This document shows positions 52,701 through 61,700 of a stretch of DNA of 64,000 nucleotides, piece by piece. The notes below the pieces were generated by a model. It worked only from the letters and a program-made list of their open reading frames with translations. It was not told the origin of the DNA and searched no databases. The stretch lies in NCBI GenBank assembly GCA_016281055.1, contig JAEEHW010000085.1, positions 15,203 to 79,202 on the forward strand, given 5' to 3'. Within the stretch, counting starts at the first letter, position 1. Each line of letters opens with the position of its first letter. The DNA comes from Prevotella sp. GTDB taxonomy: Bacteria; Bacteroidota; Bacteroidia; Bacteroidales; Bacteroidaceae. The translations under genes and the position numbers were made by a program.

Positions 52701-55700
52701 GACTGAAGACATAACAACTGGACAGTCTGCACACCAGCACTGGATTGGTTATCCTGGTGCAATCAAGTCTGGCTACTATAACAATTACTTCCTGCGTCAC
52801 ACTCGTTCGGACGAGAATGTAGATGAGAATGGTAATGAAGCGGGTGGATTCTATACAAAATCTGATGATGTAACTGTTGAAGGAAAAGGACAGATGCGTA
52901 GCCATGCCACTGCAGGCATGATATGGGAGAATAAAGCCTCCAAGAATTCTAATAACGGTACAAGTACAAGTGCTTCCAACCAGTTACTGGTGGATGGTGG
53001 TCAGCATGGTGGCAATGATGGTAAGCTGTTCTATCTCGGTCCTATCACACCGACATCACCAAGCAGCCCGCTTGTTGATTGTGGTTACAATGGCTATGAC
53101 GGTGCTCGCTCCATCCTTAAGCATGAAGAGAATACCATATCTGGTAACGATGACCTCTCTGGACATTATCAGGGTATAAACCAGGGTATATGGAAAGATT
53201 GGACAAAGGAAGCTATTCAGGAAGGCGTAATTGACGAGTTCGACAATTTGCCTTATGAGGCAGAATATACATGGGCATGGGATGATGTGACTGGTCGTCC
53301 TATACTTACCTCGAAGAGTGCTGAGCATCTTGATGCCGACACCCTGCCTGGTACACATGCTCTGGAACTTCAGGCTACTCTTAAGGTTGAGAGTGCTGCG
53401 GAGGCATATACCTACGCATGGTATGACCTCTGCAACGAGACACTGGTTCAGGGTTTTAAGACTGCTGCTGCAGGTGGTGACAAACTCGTGCTTTCTGAAC
53501 AGAAAACGTATGACCGATTCTACTATGTAGTTGCAAAGAAGGGAACAGAAGGTGGTGATGACTATAAGTATTTCAGGTCTAAAATTGTTAAGGTTCCTGG
53601 CACACTTCAGCCGAATGACGTGACTGCTACGATAGAAGATAATAAAACAACTATTTCTGGTACTACTTATACAAGTCATCAGGAATATCTTGGTGTTAGA
53701 ATCTCAGAGAAGAACTATTATGCTTTGCCTGAGAGTATAAGAGTGAAGACACCGGCTGATTACTATCCGTGTAAGAATGCTGATGACTGTATGAACAAGT
53801 GGGTTCCTGACTATGAGGGATCACTTGCCCATATCACTTACAGCGAGAATGGATATGAATATGATGATGGTTTGAATGACTGGAATACAGACTATACTCC
53901 AAAACCTATATATGGTGATGTCCCATTGACCATGTTTTTTGAAAATGGTGTGGCAAGAACAACTAAGATTACCAACTGGGAAGCTATATGGAATGCATAC
54001 CAGGCTCATTTTAATAATCCTGGTACCGATAATGCAACTCCGAAGGATGCTCTGGCAGAAGAAATGCTTCTGAGAATTCCTGCCATATACTATAGTTATG
54101 CAGAGTTCATTGGCCTTGATGTACAGGGTGGTACTTATGATGCAACAAGTACTCCTAACTCTGGCTTCACATATTCATTCAATGGCGATGCTACCAATCC
54201 AAGAGCTGGTATGTCATACATACATCGTAATGTGACGAAGGCAGATTATGATGCTATGCCGGCAGGAGAGAAGACAGTGCCTGCAATAGCAAAGCACACC
54301 TTGCAAGTTACCTTGGATCCTACTGAGTCTTCTTTGCTGGCTCAGGGATATCAGGTTTCATATCAGTGGTATGTATTGGATGGCGATCCTATTGAGGGTG
54401 AGACACGTTCTTCTCTTGAAATAGAGAATGCTCCAGATATGGATCGTGGTGCATATACATGTAGGGTTGTTGTACTTGACAGACATAACTGTAATAATTT
54501 AGTTCTTCTTAACAAGGAATTGAGTGAGATGTGGGGTGTAGATTATGTCTATATCAACCCGTCGGATCTGATAATTCCATACAGTGACTCTAATGGTAGT
54601 GGTACTACTGGACCAGGTCTTGATACCAACGATGGTAAGTCTCCAGAAAAACCGGTGAAGACATGGCCTGCTGCTTATGCTCTGTTGACAGAAAATGGTA
54701 CATGGAATGAGAACCAGATTATCCTCATTGGTAAGAGTCCGGCTTCTGTAACAAAGGAGGGCTTTGGCCTCGGTACTCAGAATGGTAATGGTAACAGCAC
54801 CACAGGTATCTATGACGTATGGTATCAGCGTGCACAGAGCAAGTTCATGAACCGCAACGCTACGATTAGTAGTAAGCGTCAGACTGGTGCCAAGTTCCAG
54901 GGTGAGATAGAAATGGAGAACAGTGCTGGTAATGGTACTCAGCTCGCTCTCTTCGGTGATACTCGTTTTGAGAATATAACATTCAGTCATGAGTCTCGTG
55001 ATGGTGGTTACGGCATCATCGCATGTCAGTACTATAACCTCGAGATGGGTGACAGCATCAAGATGGTTAACTTCCCGTCTGCTTCTTCTGCTTCTGCAGA
55101 GGTAGGACCTCTGCCGGGAACGAAGATTGCCGACTTGCAGATCTTCGGTGGATGTAACAATGATGACCGCTTCCTCCAGATGCCGGGTTCTGTATCAAAC
55201 TTTGAGGCTAAGCAGTACATCCCTCATCCGGAAGGTTTCACCATTACTGTGAAGTCTGGCTTCTACAGTAACATCTGTGCTTCTGGTCGTCAGTCAACAG
55301 ATACTGACCTTAATGGTATCGTGGGTACTCCTAACCGTCCGGTTAAGTGTACGATTATTGTTGACATCAACCGTGGCTGCAATAATGCAAACATGAACTA
55401 TGGTAACAGCACCGCAAGTTACGATGTTGGTGCCGTGATGGCTGGTAACCACGAGGGTGCTCAGTATGGTGACGTCAATATCATCATCCGAAGCGGTATT
55501 ATCGGTCGTGTAACATCTGGTTCTCTTGGTAACAAGCGTAAATCAAAGACATTCGGTACTGATATGAATGCCGGATTTAAGGCTTACAAGAGTTACTATG
55601 GTACAAGGAATAATGGTGATAATCAGGATGTATATCAGCCATTTGATACATATTTTGGCAGATGTAACATCCTCGTTGACCCAGCGTCTTCTAAGATGAA

Positions 55701-58700
55701 TAAAGTGGCAGCTGATGTTAATGATCGTGTTGTCATCAGTGAGATCTATGGTGGCGCTCTCGGACGTCACATGGGTTCATATACGAACGCGGGTGTGTGT
55801 ATGTCAACATTCTATGGTAAGTCAAACATTACCATCAATGGTGGTACATTCGACCTTAACAGTCCGGAAGGCGATACAGAATGGACGGGAACTGCTGGCA
55901 CTGGTGACGGTAAGTATGGCTTGGCTGCATACTCTAATACGGTATATAATGTTAGCATAAATGGACAAAACAAGCCGTATTATAGAGCTCAGCCTGGTAT
56001 TTATGCTGCTGGTGCAGGTGGTTTCAACGGTATCGGTGGTGACGAACTGCATACCAACGACCTCCGTCTGCCTTATTGGGCTAATGCTGCAGAATATACA
56101 GAAAAAGGTGTCAAGTTATATAACTTTGCAGATCTTTCGGCAAAGGGTATAAAGGATCCACATCGTATCGTGAAGTATGGTGATTACAATGAGTACAAAC
56201 AGCATACTGGTGCTGACAAGGTTTATATTACTTGTCTTGACTCTATTGTCTATGATCCATCTCAGGGTAAGGATATAGAATATACTACACAAATTGACCC
56301 TGCAGAGACTTCAACGACGATAACTATCAACGGTGGTAAATTCTTCCCACGTTCATTGCCACAGGGCGCTGGTATTTTCGGTGCAGGTAATGGTTATGTA
56401 AACAACCAGTTGATTAATTTCGCAAATCAGGCTCCTAACCCGCTTGGTGGCTCATTGCTCGGTAAGCCAGGTACTACAGCCGTAGAGATGAATATCAATG
56501 GCGGTGAGTTCAACTGTGATATCTTCGGTGGTGGTCGTGGTAACGACATATACTATGCCGCAGGTCTTCGCTATTGGGGTAATGAAGGTAGTATTGGTGG
56601 AAGCGACTGGGCGCAGGGCGTTTATGCCAATCCTGGCACAGATTACGATTCATACGGTGTAACGAGAGACAACTACTCACGCAATGCCCGCGTGCTTGGT
56701 AACGTTGTGATGAACATCAACGGTGGTGTCTTCAAGCAGAACATCTATGGTTCTGGTTCTGGATCAAACATGGCTGGTTGTGAGGGCATGGCTGAGGTCA
56801 TTGGTTCTACAACTATCAACGTTGATTCTACTGCAGCTAAGATATATGGTAATATCTATGGTGGTGGTAACTATGCCAAGACACGTGTAAGCACTGAGGT
56901 CAACGTCAACAGTGGCTATGTATATGGTTCTGTATTCGGTGGCGGTAATCAGGCTACCGTTGGTACCTTGGGTACAAAGACTATATATTCGGCAGATGAA
57001 TATTACAGCTTGGCTGATAATGTATATACAGGTGAGGGAGCTTACACAAGAGATGAGGCCGAGGAGAAGGGTGTCATCAAGGATGCTTCTGGTGTTGAGC
57101 ACAATATAGGTGAACTTAAGCCAGGTGCAACCGGCACGCAGGTTCCTGCAGGTACTGGTCATTCATCAGTATATACTAAGACTGAGAAGGCATATATCTA
57201 TGGTGACATCTTCGGCGGTGGTAACAAGGCCGATGTCTGGGGTGACACTTATGTAGGTATGTCTGCCGGTCATATCGCTGGTAACATCTACGGTGGTGGT
57301 AACGGTGTATATGTCGATGCAAGCAACAATGCTCAGGCTAACGTTCATGGCTTCACAGAGGTGTTCCTCAATGGTTATACCGTGATGTGGGACTACATGT
57401 TCGACACAGAATCATGGGCTGCTAAGACTTATGATCAGCGTGTTGAGATGACAGAGGAAGATATACTGGATTCTTATCTTAAGTCATGGAGTAAAAACAA
57501 GGATCTCTTCGTAACGACAGAAACAGTCAACGGTAAGAGCGTTTCTAAGTGGTTCGACAGGTTCAGCATTGGTAAAACTGGTGACGCTAGGACCTATAAT
57601 GCACACAATATCTTCGGCGGCGGTAACATCTATTGTGATGTTGACAGCACGGCACGTGTTACTGTGACACGAGGCATGACACCGAAGGATCTGCTTGAGA
57701 CAGATGAGTGGAAGTGGTCATACTATGACAATAACACTCCTCACTTCTATGTATTCGGTGGTGGTAACGGTCCGCAAACAAATGTTAAGAATACCTACGT
57801 CAACGTCGGTATGGAGGGTGTGCTGACACAGGATGCTACTACTGACGAGGCTCTCGCTAAGCCTGCTAGCTACTTCATCGATGAGGATGGCAATCAGGTT
57901 ACTGCGGCAGGTGATGACAACCACTCTATCGGTATCTTCTCTAATGGTTACGGTATTGCAGGTTATACTGTGCTCGGTGTACTCGGTGGTGGTATGGAAG
58001 GACAGGTTAACAACGACACTGAAGTAACCATCGGTGGTAACACCTTCATACACCGTGTATATGGTGGTGGCTATGGTGATCGCTATCGTACCGTAAGCAA
58101 CAAGATGCCAGCGGCTACTACGCTCGGTTATGTGGGTAACAATACACACGTGACTGCAAATGGTGGTCTTATCTATGGTGATATCTTCGGTGGTGGTGCA
58201 CGCGGTGACGTAGGTAACGCTACTTGCGTAGAGGTGCTGCGCGACTGTAAGGTATATGGTTCTGTATACGGTGGCGGTGACGTGGCTAAGGTCAATGCTG
58301 TCAAGGCTAATACAGAGGAATATGCCACAGACACTGTTACTACTGTCGTAATCGGTGGTGGTAATGTGTTCCGCAACGTATTTGCTGGTGGTAGCCAGGG
58401 ACCTGTATATGGTTCTACACTTGTCAACATCGTTGACTCAACAATGTTTGGTAAGAAAGTTACTCCTTATATATATCACGACATCTATGGTGGTGGTGAG
58501 AAGGCCGACATCTATGGTAACACCAACGTCCTCGTCGAGGGCGGTAACATGGCCGGTGATATTTTCGGCGGTGGCCTCGGTATATATGTTGCAGGCAAGA
58601 ACGACTCTATCATCAGTGCTGACGTGCTGCAGCAGACTTATGTGACTGTCAACGGCGGTTCAATGCTCTGGAGTCAGAAGTGTGATGACTGGCAGCAAGG

Positions 58701-61700
58701 TACAGTATATTACTTCGACAACTCTAACATGATTCCTATGTCGCGCTATAAGGCCGGCGAACTTACTGCTGACGACCTGAAGGGCACTAAGGGATTCTAT
58801 GACTGGACTGCGAACCACTTCACCACTAACCACAACGTATATGGTGGCGGTAATGTAAACAGTCAGATTACTGGCAATGCTAATGTAACGATGAACCACG
58901 GCCTCATTACGGAGGGTCTGCAGTATTACGACCGTGAGGAACTCACTCCGTTTGCAATCTGCTGGTTCAATACTATACTGAACAAGTCTTATCCTCAGTT
59001 CTCTGTCCTTGGCGGTGGCTATGGTGAGCACACAACTATCGGTGGCAATACCAACGTGGTGATGAATGTATCAAACTTCAACGCACCAGGTGATGATGCT
59101 ACACCGGAAGAACAGAAAGCATACGCTGAGTACAAGAATTATAAGGCTTATGCTGAAGACTTAGGTCAGTACAAGGCGTTTGAGACTGAGATGAGAGCTC
59201 GCTGGAGTGCTCTTGGCGATGAAACTAAGAAACAGCTCTATGGCGGTGTCAACTCTAACGTCTTCCGTCGTTACCGTAGCTCACGCTACGCATGGTCTGG
59301 TGGTGTGCATGGTCACGTGATGGCAAATGTATATGGTGGATCATGGGCTGGTAAGGTCGTAGGTAATGCCAATGTCATGCTTGACGGTACATCTGGTTGC
59401 CGCAACGTCTTCGGTGGCGGTGTAGGTCTGGCTAGTGACGACAAGCTCGGTGAGGTTGCTGGTGATGCCTTCGTTACTATCAATGGCGCTATCGTCAGTG
59501 GTTCTGTATTCGGTGGTGGTGCAGGTGTTGAGTCTGCTGACACCAATGATGACGGTATAATTGATAAGGACTACAATAACGTTGCTCGCGTGGTTAAAAC
59601 CACAAGGGTTTCTGTGAACAGCTATCTTGATACAGAGGATGCAGACTTCCCGGCAGATGGTACTATGGTATTCGGTTCTGTCGTTGGTGGTGGTGACGTA
59701 GCAAGTGTAGGTGCTTATCAGGCTAACTACAATAATATCACACCTGCTGCTGAGACTGCAGATCCTGTTTACACTACTGATGTGGAAATCAACGGTGGTT
59801 TGATATTCTCTCCTGTCTATGCAGGTGGTAGCGGACGTGTTAAGAATCTTGCAAACGATTACACAAGACTGGGTGCAGTATATGGTCACTCTCGTGTATC
59901 TGTAAATACTCCGTCTTCCGACACCAATTCTCCATGGCTCTGGAACCGCGTATATGGCGGTGGCATGTCAGGTACGGTATTCGGTAGCACGTATGTGAAT
60001 GTTGCTGGTGGTAACTTCGGTTATGACATCTTCGGTGGCGGCTTTGGTGAAGCCAACGGCGATGAATCTACTGACGCTGCTGTCAAGGGTAACACACACA
60101 TCGACGTAAGCGGTGGTGAGTGGTGTATCTCACAGAAATGGATTTCGAAGGATGAGGAAGGCAATGACATTCGTGCATGGGCTCCAGCCAACACTTACCT
60201 CACTGCTACATACTCTCCACAGTATGACCCAGAGAACAAGAGATTCAATATAGACCATAACATCTATGGTGGCGGTCATGCTTGCAGCACAGTGTCTGGT
60301 GACACTTATGTTACAATGACCAAGGGTATGTTGCGTAAGAATACTCCGCTTGGACGTGAATATACTTCTGGTAATATCTTCATCGAAGGTGAGTGGAAGG
60401 AATCTTACGACAAGGTGGGTTCTGCACATTTCTCTGTATTCGGTGCTGGTTATGGTGAACTCACAACTGTTGAGAACACTCATATCAACATCAATATAGA
60501 TGGTGAGGTAACTCCAGATGCATCTTATGAGCATCCAGCACAGGGTGATCCTGTACCATACTACCAGCGTTTTGAGTCGCTGCAGTCTCTGCTCGACGTC
60601 ATTGGTGGTGGTTACAACGGTATGACCAACGGTGCTACTAACGTACACATTGGTAATAAAACATTCATGCGCCGTGTGTTCGCAGGTGGTTACTATGCTC
60701 CGGTTAATGAAACCAACGTACTGGTAACTTCTGGCTCTGTTGACGAAGTGTTCGGTGGTGGTCTGATTGGTGACGTTTACACGAACACCAACGTACAGAT
60801 TGGTCTCCGTACGACAAGCCAGACATTCGACAGCAATACATACAATGAGTCAAACGGCACGCTGTTCATCAACAAGAATATATACGGTGGTAACGACGTA
60901 TCTGGTACCATCGGATATAAGAATGAGGAGCATACTGCAGGTTATGGTACTCACGTGAACCTCCACGGTGGTACGCTCTACGGAGACGTTTACGGTGGTG
61001 GTAACGGTAACTACCTCTATGCACTCGGTGTGAATGGTGAGAAGAAGGTTACACCTAACGAGCATTATCTCAAGACTAATGTCTTCGAGGGTTATGACCT
61101 TGTATATACAGTGCCGATGCGTGACGGTATGATTTCATCTTCTGTTGCCAGTGATGCACAGAAGATTGTGAACATCGCATCTTATCGTCCATCTACCATC
61201 GAGGCAAACATCCAGCTCCATGGTATGAACGCAGATAACAAACTCGTCATCGAGGGTGATGTCTTTGGTGGTGGTAACGCTGCTACTGTGGATGGTGTCG
61301 TAAGTGCCGGTGGTGTGAACAGCGCTAAGGTTAACTTCAACATCAAGGATTACATCAAGGTAGGTGGTATCTACCTCGGTTCCGACGGTGATGCGCTCTT
61401 CAAGGACTCAGAGGATAACCCATTCCTCTCGAACTTCCAGACCATCAACAACATCAACCTTGAGGATACAGTGATTTGGGATACAGACCCTGCCAACCAT
61501 GGTATCAAGGAGAAGTATCTTGCTGTGAAGAATGAAGACCGTCCTCTCGTCTATCCACACTTGCTGGACCTTTACTTCCAGCCTGTGGAGATGTCTGTTC
61601 AGCCAACAGTGCTGTGGAACGGTTCGGAAACAGGTAACGTGACGGATGCTACTATCGGTATCTTCTGCTGTGGTGGTAACCGTGGTAACATGAACGTTTA